A stretch of DNA of 64,000 nucleotides, from NCBI GenBank assembly GCA_036392215.1, contig DASVYJ010000062.1, positions 15,361 through 79,360 on the forward strand, in the 5' to 3' direction. Source of the stretch: Candidatus Limnocylindrales bacterium (GTDB taxonomy: Bacteria; Chloroflexota; Limnocylindria; Limnocylindrales; CSP1-4). Below are positions 8,769-18,120 of the stretch, in pieces; the stretch's first letter is position 1; every line of letters begins with the position of its first letter. The notes beneath the pieces were generated by a model. It was not told the origin of the DNA and did no database searches. It worked only from the letters and a program-made list of their open reading frames with translations. A program made the position numbers and the translations under genes.

Positions 8769-9764
8769 TCAGAAGACGCGGACCGAGACGTCCGCCGGCT
8801 CCAGGAGCAGGCCCTTCAGCTCTTCGTCCACCTTGAGCATCGACAGGTGCGCACCCGCCATCTCGAGCGAGGTGCAGTACTCGCCGACGTAGCTGCGGAA
8901 GACGTTGATTCCCTTCGCGGCCAGCTTCTTGTGGGCGATGCCGTAGAGCAGGTACAGCTCGCTGATCGGCGTCCCGCCCAGGCCGTTGATCATCAGGGCG
9001 ACCTCGTCGCCGCTCTGGAACGGCAGGTCCGGGACGACCGCGTCGAGGAGGATGTCGACGATCTCGTCGGCCGTGCCCATCTTGCGGCGCTCGCGGCCCG
9101 GCTCGCCGTGGATGCCGATGCCGACCTCCATCTCGCCATCGGCGATCTCGAAGAGCGGCGTGCCGCGGACCGGCGGGGTGCAGGACGAGAGGGCGATGCC
9201 CATCGTCCGGACGTTGGCGATGACCTTCTCGCCGACCCGGACGCACTCCTCGAGCGAGGCGCCCTTCTCGGCCAGGGCGCCGACCGCCTTGATCACGAAG
9301 AAGTTGCCGGCCACGCCACGACGGCCGATCGTCCAGGTCGAGTCCTTGACGGCCACGTCGTCGTTGACGAGCAGGTAGCCGATCTTCTGGCCCTCGGCCT
9401 CCTGCAGCTCCTTGGCCATCTCCCAGGCCGTGCGGTCGCCCGTGTAGTTGTTGACCAGGTAGAGCACGCCGGCCGGGCTGTCCATCAGCTTGGACGTCTC
9501 GGTCACGAACTCGACCGGAGGTCCGGCGAAGACGTCGCCGGGGCAGGCGGCCGAGAGCATGCCCTTGCCGACGATCATCGTGTGGGCCGGCTCGTGGCCG
9601 GAGCCCGAGCCCTGGATCACCGAGACCCGGTCCGGTCGCGGCCGGTCGGCCCGGTAGATCAGGTTGTACTTCGGCTCGTACTTCAGCGCCCCGCCGCTGG
9701 CCAGGGCGATGCCCTCCAGGAACTCGGGGACGAACGTCTTCGGGTCGTTCAGGAACTTCCTCAC
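8769..9764 (-). CDS. dhaK: Dihydroxyacetone kinase, DhaK subunit
   Basis: 331-aa ORF with MRKFLNDPKTFVPEFLEGIA... and GSGSGHEPAH. Its GTG start overlaps the dhaL stop (GTGA). Confidence 0.9.
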   Translation of the reverse strand: MRKFLNDPKTFVPEFLEGIALASGGALKYEPKYNLIYRADRPRPDRVSVIQGSGSGHEPAHTMIVGKGMLSAACPGDVFAGPPVEFVTETSKLMDSPAGVLYLVNNYTGDRTAWEMAKELQEAEGQKIGYLLVNDDVAVKDSTWTIGRRGVAGNFFVIKAVGALAEKGASLEECVRVGEKVIANVRTMGIALSSCTPPVRGTPLFEIADGEMEVGIGIHGEPGRERRKMGTADEIVDILLDAVVPDLPFQSGDEVALMINGLGGTPISELYLLYGIAHKKLAAKGINVFRSYVGEYCTSLEMAGAHLSMLKVDEELKGLLLEPADVSVRVF

Positions 9765-10432
9765 GCCGTTGCTCCCTTGCCGTACTGCTCGCGCCAGGCG
9801 GCGCTGATGGCCTGCAGGATCACCCCCACGGCGGTCGCACCCGCGTCCACCGAGCCGATGCTGCGCTCGCCGGTGTAGGCCGCCCGGCCCCGCTGGGCGA
9901 GCATCGACTTCGTCTCCTCGGCCGCCTTCGTGGCCACGTCGGCAGCGCGCTGGATCGCCTCGACGCCGTGGTCGCCGCCGGTCGCGGGATCCGCCAGGCT
10001 GGCCTCGAGGCTGTCGGTGGCGGGGACCAGCGCGTCGAGGAGCGTCTTCTCCCCGAGCGAGGCGCCGCCACGCTGCATGATCCCGGCGATGGACGCGCGG
10101 AGCATCGCCACGACGTCCTCGCCGGAGAGTTCCGTCCTGTCCCCGGCCGTCGCCCCGGCGCGCAGGAAGGCGGTGCCCCAGATGGGCCCGCTGACCCCGC
10201 CGACCTTGCCGGCGATGATCAGGCCCACCTTCTTGAGCAGGCTGCCCACGCTCGAGCGGTCGAGGGAGTCCCAGTCGCTGAGGACGACCTCGAACCCGTT
10301 GCGCAGCGAATAGCCGAAATCGCCGTCGCCGACCACCGAGTCCAGCTGGGCGAAGTAGACGGCATTGTCGACGATGGTCTGGGCCATCGTCCTGAGCACG
10401 AGATCGACGTCGTCGAGCGACGACTGCGCCAT
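9761..10432 (-). CDS. dhaL: Dihydroxyacetone kinase, DhaL (ADP-binding) subunit
   Basis: DhaL signature LDSVVGDGDFGYSL...GGVSGPIWGTAF...GASLGEKTLLDAL. ATG at 10430-10432 with GGGAGG upstream. The upstream part of ORF 9761-11143 is junk overlapping the HAD gene. Confidence 0.9.
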   Translation of the reverse strand: MAQSSLDDVDLVLRTMAQTIVDNAVYFAQLDSVVGDGDFGYSLRNGFEVVLSDWDSLDRSSVGSLLKKVGLIIAGKVGGVSGPIWGTAFLRAGATAGDRTELSGEDVVAMLRASIAGIMQRGGASLGEKTLLDALVPATDSLEASLADPATGGDHGVEAIQRAADVATKAAEETKSMLAQRGRAAYTGERSIGSVDAGATAVGVILQAISAAWREQYGKGATA

Positions 10433-10476
10433 CCGAACCTCCCTTCGACTGTGACGACTGCCCCTCCGCCTGGCCG

Positions 10477-11250
10477 TCAGGAGGCCAGGCAGGCCTCGAG
10501 ATCGGCGAGGGTGACGAAGTCGCCCGGGCGGGCCTTGCTGCGGTTGGCGAGGACCGTCGTCCGCTCGCCCCCCGGGTCGCCGAGCGAGGTGACGACCAGG
10601 AGCGCTTCGCTGGCGTCCTCGTCCTCCGTGTACCCGTTGACGGTCATCAGGCAGCGCAGCCCCGCCCCCGTTGCGGCGAGCAGCCCGTTGCGCGAGTCCT
10701 CCACGACGAGGACCTCCGCGGGCGGGACGCCGAGGCGCTCGAGGGCGAGCTGGTAGATGGCGGGGTCGGGCTTCTTGCGCGGCACGACGTCGCCCGCCAG
10801 GACGAGATCGAAGCGGTCCGCCCGCTCCTTCCCGACGGCGTACTCGAGGATGGCCCGCACCGATGCCTCGGCGGAGGTCGAGGCGACGGCGAGGGTCCAG
10901 CCGGCGTCCTGGGCGTCGCAGATGATCCGGCGGATGCCGGGTCGGGGCGGGAGCTTGCCCTGGGCCACCATCTCGGTGTAGAGGGCCGTCTTGCGCTTGT
11001 GCCACCTGGCGAGCTCCGCCGCCTGGCCCTCGTGGTCCTCCGGCAGACCGTTGGCCCGCACGAACTCGGGCGTCAGCTCGCTCGCCATCCGCTCCTTGCC
11101 GCCGCCGATGAGGAGCTTGCGGCCGTATTCCTCCTCGGACCACTCGACCGGCAGCCCGAACTCCCGGAATGTCTGGTTGAAGGCGGGCAGGTGGCCGTAG
11201 CGCTCGGTGTCGGCGAGGACGCCGTCGCAGTCGAAGATGAGGGTGCTCAT
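10477..11250 (-). CDS. HAD-IA family hydrolase/phosphatase (CbbY-like)
   Basis: DxD motif FDCDGVLADTE and a C-terminal VVEDSRNG motif. 257 aa. Confidence 0.85.
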   Translation of the reverse strand: MSTLIFDCDGVLADTERYGHLPAFNQTFREFGLPVEWSEEEYGRKLLIGGGKERMASELTPEFVRANGLPEDHEGQAAELARWHKRKTALYTEMVAQGKLPPRPGIRRIICDAQDAGWTLAVASTSAEASVRAILEYAVGKERADRFDLVLAGDVVPRKKPDPAIYQLALERLGVPPAEVLVVEDSRNGLLAATGAGLRCLMTVNGYTEDEDASEALLVVTSLGDPGGERTTVLANRSKARPGDFVTLADLEACLAS

Positions 11251-11254
11251 CCGG

Positions 11255-12106
11255 CTACCAGGCCTTCCCCTCGCTGCCGAAGAGGCGGATGTGCTGCTTG
11301 GCCATCTCCATGACGGCCTGCCGCTGGACCGCCATCTGCGAGGGCGGATCGTACTTGTCGGGGTTCTGGGTCAGGAACTCGTAGCCCGCCTTCATGAAGG
11401 CGATCTTCAGGGCGGTGGAGATGTTGACCTTGGCGCAGCCGCGGCCGATGAGGTCGCTGAACTGCTCGGCGCTCATCCCGGTCCCGCCATGGAGGGCCAC
11501 GGGGACGCCGGTCGCCTCGACGATGTCCGTCACCCGCTGCGCGTCCAGGGTCGGCGCCGTCTTGTAGGTCCCGTGGGCGTTGCCGATGGCCGGGGCGAAG
11601 ACGTCCACCCCGGTCGCCCGGACGAAGTCGACCACGGTGCCGAGCGACTGGACCTGCTTGGCCTCGTCGCCGGTCATCTCCTCGGTCCGCTTGAAGCCCT
11701 CGATCTCCCCTTCGACCGCGGCGCCGTAGCGCCGCGCCTCCGCGACCACCTCGATGCACTGGCGCTTGTTCTCCTCGACCGTCAGCTTGCTCGCGTCGAA
11801 GAGGACGGAGTTCCAGCCCTTCGCCAGGCAGGCGCTGATGACCTCCCGCTCCGGGCAGTGATCGAGGTGGAGGGCGACGGGGACCGAGACCGTGTCGGCG
11901 TACGCCCGCCACATCGCGTACATCGCGTCCAGCCCGGTCATCTTCACGTGCTTGACTGAGGTCTGGACGATGAGCGGCGCCTTCAGCTCCTCGGCGGCGG
12001 CCAGCGCCGCCTCCATCGTCAGGTCGTTGACGACGTTGATGGCGGCGACGCCGTAGCGGCCGTCGAATGCCCGACGGATGATCTCCTGGGTGGGAACGAC
12101 AGGCAA
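11255..12106 (-). CDS. Class II (metal-dependent) ketose-bisphosphate aldolase family protein
   Basis: 283 aa with YGVAAINVVN...LIVQTS...LHLDHCPE...ALHGGTG, typical of the FbaA/tagatose-bisphosphate aldolase family. It is the first gene of the operon. Confidence 0.85.
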   Translation of the reverse strand: MPVVPTQEIIRRAFDGRYGVAAINVVNDLTMEAALAAAEELKAPLIVQTSVKHVKMTGLDAMYAMWRAYADTVSVPVALHLDHCPEREVISACLAKGWNSVLFDASKLTVEENKRQCIEVVAEARRYGAAVEGEIEGFKRTEEMTGDEAKQVQSLGTVVDFVRATGVDVFAPAIGNAHGTYKTAPTLDAQRVTDIVEATGVPVALHGGTGMSAEQFSDLIGRGCAKVNISTALKIAFMKAGYEFLTQNPDKYDPPSQMAVQRQAVMEMAKQHIRLFGSEGKAW

Positions 12107-12279
12107 GGTGACACCTCCTGCCGGGACGCGTGAGCGCGGCGGCCAGCAGGGGACCGGAAGGTCCTGGCCGGGTGCGGCGCGGGCGGCCGCCGTCTGCCGA
12201 AAGCCTAGCAGCGGCGGGCGCGCCGAAACGTCAGAAAGAAGTCAATGTCGAGCGGCAAGCGACGGGCGCGGGCGGCTCC

Positions 12280-13215
12280 TCAACCGGCCGCGACGGGCGT
12301 CGCGTCGGCCGGCGGCGACGGGGCGGCCGGCCTGTCGAGGCCGAGGCCGGCGGCCGTCACATCCTCGGCGAAGCGCTCCAGGACCTCCGGACCCAGCCCC
12401 CAGCGATTCGGAAAGGCCTGGATGCGGGCGAGTCCGAGCGCGGCGAGCTCGCCGAGGAGGTCCACCCGCGGCTGACCCGGCTCGCGGACGCCGGCGTCGG
12501 GCAGATACATGGAGACCGGCAGGCTCGCCGGGTCACGGCCTTCCTCCTCGCAGCGCTGGCGGACGATCGGCAGCTCCTCGCGCAGCTCGGCCGGCGTCAG
12601 GGCGACGAGGTTCAGCTCGTCGGCGAAGCGGGCCGCCAGCCGCCACGTGACGTTGCGACCGTTGCCGCCGACCATGATCGGGAGGCGGGGCCGCTGCAGC
12701 CCGGCCGGCACGTTGATCGCCCCCCGGACCGAGGCGTGGCGGCCCTCGAACGTGGCGCGCTCACCGCTCAGCATGCGCCGCACGATCTCGAGCGTGTCCG
12801 CGAGGACCTCGAGCCGCTCGGCGAGCGCTGGGAAGCCGAAGCCGTAGGCGAGCCACTCGTCCTGCTTCCAGCCTGCCCCCAGGCCGAGCTCGAAGCGACC
12901 GCCGCTGATGACGTCGAGCGTGCTCGCCATCTTGGCCACCAGGGCCGGGTTGCGGAAGCCGGCGCAGGCGACGAGGGGGCCGACGCGGATGTGCTCGGTG
13001 GCCCGGGCCAGGCCCGCCAGGCCGGTGAACGCCTCGAAGGTGATCTCGTCGGTCGGCTGGGGGACGGTGTGAAAGTGGTCGAACAGCCAGATCGACTCGA
13101 AGCCGAGCCGCTCGGCCTGGGTGGCGAGGCGCACGCTCGTCGCCCACGCCTCGGTCGCGGACAGGCCGGCGTACTCGCCCTTCCAGCCCTGGGGGATCAG
13201 CAGGCCGACCTTCAT
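12280..13215 (-). CDS. LLM-class (luciferase-like) F420-dependent oxidoreductase
   Basis: MKVGLLIPQGW...FESIWLFDHF...SGGRFELGLGAGW. GGAAGGA lies upstream of the ATG at 13213-13215. Confidence 0.8.
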   Translation of the reverse strand: MKVGLLIPQGWKGEYAGLSATEAWATSVRLATQAERLGFESIWLFDHFHTVPQPTDEITFEAFTGLAGLARATEHIRVGPLVACAGFRNPALVAKMASTLDVISGGRFELGLGAGWKQDEWLAYGFGFPALAERLEVLADTLEIVRRMLSGERATFEGRHASVRGAINVPAGLQRPRLPIMVGGNGRNVTWRLAARFADELNLVALTPAELREELPIVRQRCEEEGRDPASLPVSMYLPDAGVREPGQPRVDLLGELAALGLARIQAFPNRWGLGPEVLERFAEDVTAAGLGLDRPAAPSPPADATPVAAG

Positions 13216-13362
13216 CCGTCACGTCCTTCCGCTCGGGCGGCAGACCGCCGTCGGCTCGGCTCCGATCCGACTCGGTCCATCGGCTCGCGGTCCGCCCGGT
13301 CCCCTCGACCGCTCCCCATCGTGGGCGCGCTCGGCGCAACGCCGCGCCGGCGGCGCTCCCGC

Positions 13363-14628
13363 ATGACCCTATCATCGCGCATGCAGCCGCTCGACCCCGC
13401 CGTTCCTGCGTCGCGCGCCGCGGCCGTCGCCGGCGCCCTCGACCCCGCGACACCGCTGCCGGGCGCGCCGGACCCGTGGGCGGCCTCGGACCGCCCGCCG
13501 CTCCGCGACGGCCCGCCGTACCTGATGACCGAGATGATCGCCGCCGAGCCCGAGCTCGCCCGGCGCGTCCTGGGCCGGCTGGCGACGGGGCCCGCGATGC
13601 AGCTCGCCACGGCCATCCGTGAGGCGATCGGCGGGGGCGGCCACCTCCTGACGACGGGCTGCGGGACGAGCGAGCACGCGGCCCAGGCCGCGGCGGAGAT
13701 GCTGCGGGACGCGGCGCTGCGCGCCGGCCTGCCGGCGGCGGGCCGCGTCGTCGCGGGCCAGGCTCTCGAGCTGGCCCTCGCCCCGGGGCCGGCCGGCCTG
13801 GTCCGTGGCTCGCTGCTGGTCGCGGTCTCGCACGAGGGCGGCAGTGGGGCGACGATCCGCGCCCTGTCCGCGGCCCGGGAGGCCGGCGCCCGGACCGCGC
13901 TCGTGACGGTGAGCGGCCGCTCCCCCGCGGCGGCGCTCGCCGACGTCGTCCTGGAGACGGGCGAGCAGGACGAGAGCTGGTGCCACACGATCGGCTACCT
14001 CTCCCCGCTGCTCGCGGCGGCGGCAGCGGGCGCGGCGCTGACCGGCGAGCCCCTGGATCCGTCCGCGGTCGCCGGCCTGCTCGCAGCGGGCCAGGCGGAA
14101 CCCGCGCCCGCGGAACGGCTCGCGGCCGCCCTGCGCGACGCGCGAGCCCTCCTCGTCGTCGCCAGCGGCGCGGACCGGCCCGCGGCGCGCGAGCTCGTCC
14201 TCAAGGTCGAGGAGGCGAGCTGGCTGCCGTCCGCGATGCGCGACCTCGAGACACTGCTCCATGGCCATCTCCCCGCGACCGACGAGGGAACCGGCCTCGT
14301 CCTGCTTCTCGCGGATCGGGAGGCCCGCGCGGAGCGCCTGGAACGGGCCCGTCAGGCCCTGGCGGCGGCAGCGGCGATCGGGGTGCGGGCCGGGGCCATC
14401 CTCGCCGCCGGCGCCGACGCGGCCCTCCCCGCGGAGGCCACCCCGGCCGGACGGGTCCTCGTCCCGGAGGCGCCGGGGCTGCCCGGTCCCGTCGCCGCGC
14501 TCCTGGGCACGGTCACGCCGCTCCAGCTGCTGACCGAGCGCCTCGCTCGGGCGCGCGGCACGAACCCCGACCCGATCCGCCGCGACGACCCGCGCTACCT
14601 GGAGGCGGCCGCCCGCGCCGACGCCTGA
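13363..14628 (+). CDS. SIS (sugar isomerase) domain protein, GlmS-isomerase/AgaS-like
   Basis: The protein-like part of ORF 12130-14628 has two SIS halves (LLTTGCGTSEHAA...LLVAVSHEGGS; ALLVVASGADRPAARELVLKVEE). The start is the ATG at 13363 or at 13381. Confidence 0.7.
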   Translation: MTLSSRMQPLDPAVPASRAAAVAGALDPATPLPGAPDPWAASDRPPLRDGPPYLMTEMIAAEPELARRVLGRLATGPAMQLATAIREAIGGGGHLLTTGCGTSEHAAQAAAEMLRDAALRAGLPAAGRVVAGQALELALAPGPAGLVRGSLLVAVSHEGGSGATIRALSAAREAGARTALVTVSGRSPAAALADVVLETGEQDESWCHTIGYLSPLLAAAAAGAALTGEPLDPSAVAGLLAAGQAEPAPAERLAAALRDARALLVVASGADRPAARELVLKVEEASWLPSAMRDLETLLHGHLPATDEGTGLVLLLADREARAERLERARQALAAAAAIGVRAGAILAAGADAALPAEATPAGRVLVPEAPGLPGPVAALLGTVTPLQLLTERLARARGTNPDPIRRDDPRYLEAAARADA

Positions 14629-14650
14629 CGGCCCGACCCCGACCGAGGGT

Positions 14651-15640
14651 TCAGACGCGGCCGATCAGCGCCTCGGCCAGCAGATCGAGCATCGCCGCGT
14701 CGCGCGGCAGGAGGACCTGCAGCATCAGGCGGTCGACGCCGATCGCCGCGAACTCGCGGGCCCGCTCGCGGGCCTCGTCCGGCGTGCCGACCATCCAGCG
14801 CGGCCGCCGCTCGGCGAGCCAGGCCTCGGCCTCGGCGGCCGGCTGCTCGAGGACCGCCAGCTGGTCGGCGACCCGCTGCTCGAGCTCGGCGCGGTCGCGG
14901 CCGATGAGCGCGCCGATCATCACCGAGCGGCGGAGGCTCGCCGGCTCCCGGCCGATCGCGGCGCACGCCTCGTCGAGCCGGCGGAACACGGTCGCCGCCT
15001 CGGCGGGCCGGCTCTTGGAGAGGTTGTACTCGTCGGCCCAGCGGGCCGCGAGCGCCCTGGAACGAGCGCTCCCCTCCCCGCCGAGGACGATCGGCGGCCG
15101 CGGCTGCTGGATGGGCCGGGGATGGAACCGGGCGTCCTCGATCCGCGTCCAGCGGCCCTGGAACGACCAGCCGTCCGGCTCCCCCCACAGACCGTGGAGG
15201 ATCGCCAGCTCCTCCTCGAGCCGACCGACCCGCTCCTCGATCGGTGGGAAGGGCAGGCCGAGGCCGGCGTGCTCCACCTCGTTCCAGCCCGCGCCCACGC
15301 CGACGTCGACCCGGCCGCCGCTCATCTCGTCGACCGTCGTCACGACCTTGGCGAAGGCCCCCGGGTGGCGAAAGGTGACCGGTGAGACGAGGACGCCGAG
15401 CCGGATCCGGGTGGTCTCCCGGGCAAGGCCGGCGAGGACCGTCCAGGCGTCGGTCGTCGGCCGGCCGGCCGGGCCCGGGAAGCTCTGGTAGTGGTCCGAC
15501 CGGAAGAGCGTCTCGAAGCCGGCCGCTTCGGCGCGCCGGGCGAGCGCCAGCTGCTCCTCGTACGACAGGCCCTGCTGGGGCTCGATCATCAGGGCGAAGC
15601 GCACCCGGTACCTCCGGCGCTGGTCGATCCACCGCTCCAT
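14651..15640 (-). CDS. LLM-class F420-dependent oxidoreductase
   Basis: FALMIEPQQG...FETLFRSDHY...SGGRVDVGVGAGW. The start is taken at the ATG at 15638-15640. Confidence 0.8.
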   Translation of the reverse strand: MERWIDQRRRYRVRFALMIEPQQGLSYEEQLALARRAEAAGFETLFRSDHYQSFPGPAGRPTTDAWTVLAGLARETTRIRLGVLVSPVTFRHPGAFAKVVTTVDEMSGGRVDVGVGAGWNEVEHAGLGLPFPPIEERVGRLEEELAILHGLWGEPDGWSFQGRWTRIEDARFHPRPIQQPRPPIVLGGEGSARSRALAARWADEYNLSKSRPAEAATVFRRLDEACAAIGREPASLRRSVMIGALIGRDRAELEQRVADQLAVLEQPAAEAEAWLAERRPRWMVGTPDEARERAREFAAIGVDRLMLQVLLPRDAAMLDLLAEALIGRV

Positions 15641-15709
15641 GGCCCACGCGCCGCCCTGCGGTGCATCGTCACGTCCCGTCGACCATCCGCCCATCACGGA
15701 TGATGGGTG

Positions 15710-15737
15710 TTGACAGGACTATTCGCATCTGTAGAAT
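15710..15737 (+). promoter_or_regulatory. Near-consensus promoter driving an apparently leaderless marR transcript
   Basis: TTGACA (15710-15715), 16-nt spacer, TAGAAT (15732-15737), in a local AT-rich dip. The in-frame GTG at 15745 lies 8 nt after the -10 element. Confidence 0.55.
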
Positions 15738-15744
15738 GGTTCGC

Positions 15745-16305
15745 GTGACCGCAAGTATCAATCCCGGGATCATCGCGACGCCGCGCCCAGGGGACCTCCG
15801 CGGAGCGCCGTCCGGCGGCGCTGCCGTGGACCGCGCCGCACTCGCTCGGGCGATCGTCGCAGACTACCAGTCCTACATCCGCCACTTCCGCTGCGCGAGC
15901 GCGGAGCGCCTCGGGAAGCAGGGGGTGAGCATGGCCCACCTCCACGTCCTGTGGCTGCTCCTCGAGCACGGCGATCTGCCGATGGGACGGCTCGCCGAAC
16001 TGCTCGACGTGTCCCTCTCGAACGCCACGGGCCTGGTCGACCGGATGGAGGAGCGCACGCTCGTCGAGCGCGTCCGCGTCCGTGACGACCGGCGGCTCGT
16101 GCTGGTCCGCCCGACCACACAGGGTCTCGAGGCCGTCGAGGCGATGGAGGTCTTCCGGCGCGACCTGTTCGAGCAGGTCCTGGAGCGCCTGGACATCGAG
16201 CAGCTCCAGCGGCTGCATCAGAGCGTCCTGGACCTTCGCGCGGCCATGCCCGAGCCCGCGGTCTGCGGGCCCGCCACATCCGTTCCGACGGCCCCCACCG
16301 AATAG
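15745..16305 (+). CDS. MarR family transcriptional regulator
   Basis: Winged-helix region HLHVLWLLLEHGDLPMGRLAELLDVSLSNATGLVDRMEERTLVERVRVRDDRR. It lies upstream of an MFS pump. The start is set at GTG 15745 because ATG 15736 sits inside the -10 hexamer. Confidence 0.8.
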   Translation: MTASINPGIIATPRPGDLRGAPSGGAAVDRAALARAIVADYQSYIRHFRCASAERLGKQGVSMAHLHVLWLLLEHGDLPMGRLAELLDVSLSNATGLVDRMEERTLVERVRVRDDRRLVLVRPTTQGLEAVEAMEVFRRDLFEQVLERLDIEQLQRLHQSVLDLRAAMPEPAVCGPATSVPTAPTE

Positions 16306-16367
16306 CGGTCGGCGAGTCCCCGCCGCCGACCGCGCCGTCCCGCCCACTGTCCACCCGGAGTCGCTTC

Positions 16368-18080
16368 ATGACCGACCACGCCACCACAGCCCCGCCGACC
16401 CGCCCCGCCGGCGTGCCCGACACCACCCATCCGGCGATCGAGCTGTCGCCCCGCGCCCGCTTCGAGGTGCTGGGCGCGATCCTGCTCGGCCTGCTGCTCG
16501 GCGCCCTGGACCAGACCGTCGTCGGCACCGCCCTGCCGCGGATCGTGACGGACCTGCACGGCAACGACCTCTACACCTGGGTCGTCACGATCTACCTGCT
16601 GACGAGCACGATCACGGTGCCCTTCTACGGCAAGCTGTCCGACCTGTACGGCCGCAAGCCATTCCTGCTCGGCGGTATCACGATCTTCCTGCTCGGCTCC
16701 GCGCTGTCGGGCCTCTCCCAGGAGATGTGGCAGCTCATCCTGTTCCGGGGCATCCAGGGCATCGGCGCGGGCTCGCTCTTCCCCATCTCGCTGGCGGTCA
16801 TCGGGGACCTCTTCACGCCGGCCGAGCGGGGCAAGTACCAGGGCCTCTTCGGGGCGGTCTTCGGCCTCTCGGCCCTGGTCGGTCCGGCCCTCGGCGGCTT
16901 CCTGACCGACACCCTGTCCTGGCACTGGATCTTCTACATCAACCTGCCGATCGGCCTGCTCTCGCTCGTCGTCATCGCTCGCGTTCTGCCCACCTTCCAC
17001 GGCAAGCCGGGCCGGCTGCGCGACCTGGACTGGGCGGGAGCGGCGGTGTTCGCCGTCGGCATCGCCCTCTTCCTGGTCGGCCTGACGAACAAGCAGACCG
17101 GCGACTGGACCGACGTGGCGGTGGGCGGCCTCGTCGGCGCGGGCCTCGTCATCCTGGCCGTCTTCCTGTTCATCGAGACGCGGGCGACGGAGCCGATCAT
17201 CCCGCTCACCCTGTTCCGGGACCGGACGTACAGCGGCTCCATCGCGGCGACGTTTCTCGCCTCGTTCGGCTTCTTCAGCGCCGTCATCTTCCTGCCGCTC
17301 TACTTCCAGCTGGTGCTGGGCAGGAGCGCCACGATCAGCGGCTACGAGATGTTCCCGCTGCTCATCGGGGTCATCGGGGCCAGCATCGCGGCGGGCCAGG
17401 TCGTCGCCCGGACGGGGCGCTACAAGCTGCTCATCCTCGGCTCGATGGCGGTCCTCGCCCTCGGCTCGTACCTCCTGACCAACCTCCACGCCGATACCGA
17501 CATCTGGGCCCTCCGCGCCTGGATGCTGGTGGTCGGCCTCGGCATCGGACCCACCCTGGCCGTCTTCACGATCGTCGTCCAGAACGCCGTCCCGTTCTCC
17601 AAGCTCGGCGTCGCGACCAGCAGCCTGACCTTCTTCCGCCAGATCGGCGGCTCGGTCGGCCTGGCGATGGTCGGCTCGTACTTCGGCTCGCAGCTGCGGA
17701 CGAACATCCCGACCCAGCTGTCGAGCGCCCACCTGCCGGCCCAGATCACGCAGGGCTTTGGCAACTCGAACTTCGACCCGAACCAGCTGACCGCCGTCGG
17801 CGGCAACCTCGGCAGCCAGATCCTGGCCGACGTGCCGGCCCAGGCCCGCGCCTTCGTCGAGCCGTTCATCCCCCAGATCGTCAAGGCCATCTTCGAGGCG
17901 GTCTCGATCTCGATCGGCCAGGTCTTCTGGTTCGGTGTCGCCGCCTCGCTGCTCGGGCTCGTCGCGGCCCTGGCGATCAAGGAGCTGCCACTCCGGGCCA
18001 CCCTGCGACCGGCCGAGACGGGCAAGGCGACCGAGGGCGAGGCGCGCGGCGCGACGGGGATCCCGATCTTCGGCGAGTGA
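16368..18080 (+). CDS. MFS transporter, DHA2 (14-TMS, EmrB/QacA-like) drug efflux family
   Basis: 570 aa and highly hydrophobic, with LDQTVVGTALPRI and GKLSDLYGRKP motifs. Confidence 0.9.
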   Translation: MTDHATTAPPTRPAGVPDTTHPAIELSPRARFEVLGAILLGLLLGALDQTVVGTALPRIVTDLHGNDLYTWVVTIYLLTSTITVPFYGKLSDLYGRKPFLLGGITIFLLGSALSGLSQEMWQLILFRGIQGIGAGSLFPISLAVIGDLFTPAERGKYQGLFGAVFGLSALVGPALGGFLTDTLSWHWIFYINLPIGLLSLVVIARVLPTFHGKPGRLRDLDWAGAAVFAVGIALFLVGLTNKQTGDWTDVAVGGLVGAGLVILAVFLFIETRATEPIIPLTLFRDRTYSGSIAATFLASFGFFSAVIFLPLYFQLVLGRSATISGYEMFPLLIGVIGASIAAGQVVARTGRYKLLILGSMAVLALGSYLLTNLHADTDIWALRAWMLVVGLGIGPTLAVFTIVVQNAVPFSKLGVATSSLTFFRQIGGSVGLAMVGSYFGSQLRTNIPTQLSSAHLPAQITQGFGNSNFDPNQLTAVGGNLGSQILADVPAQARAFVEPFIPQIVKAIFEAVSISIGQVFWFGVAASLLGLVAALAIKELPLRATLRPAETGKATEGEARGATGIPIFGE

Positions 18081-18120
18081 GCCGCTCGGGGGCCGGGGCG
18101 CCCTGCGATACTCCGCCTCG

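Noticed and set aside
15736-15738. ATG giving the longest plausible MarR ORF
   Set aside because: It lies within the TAGAAT -10 hexamer of the only recognisable promoter, so it would not be on the transcript. The GTG at 15745 is preferred.
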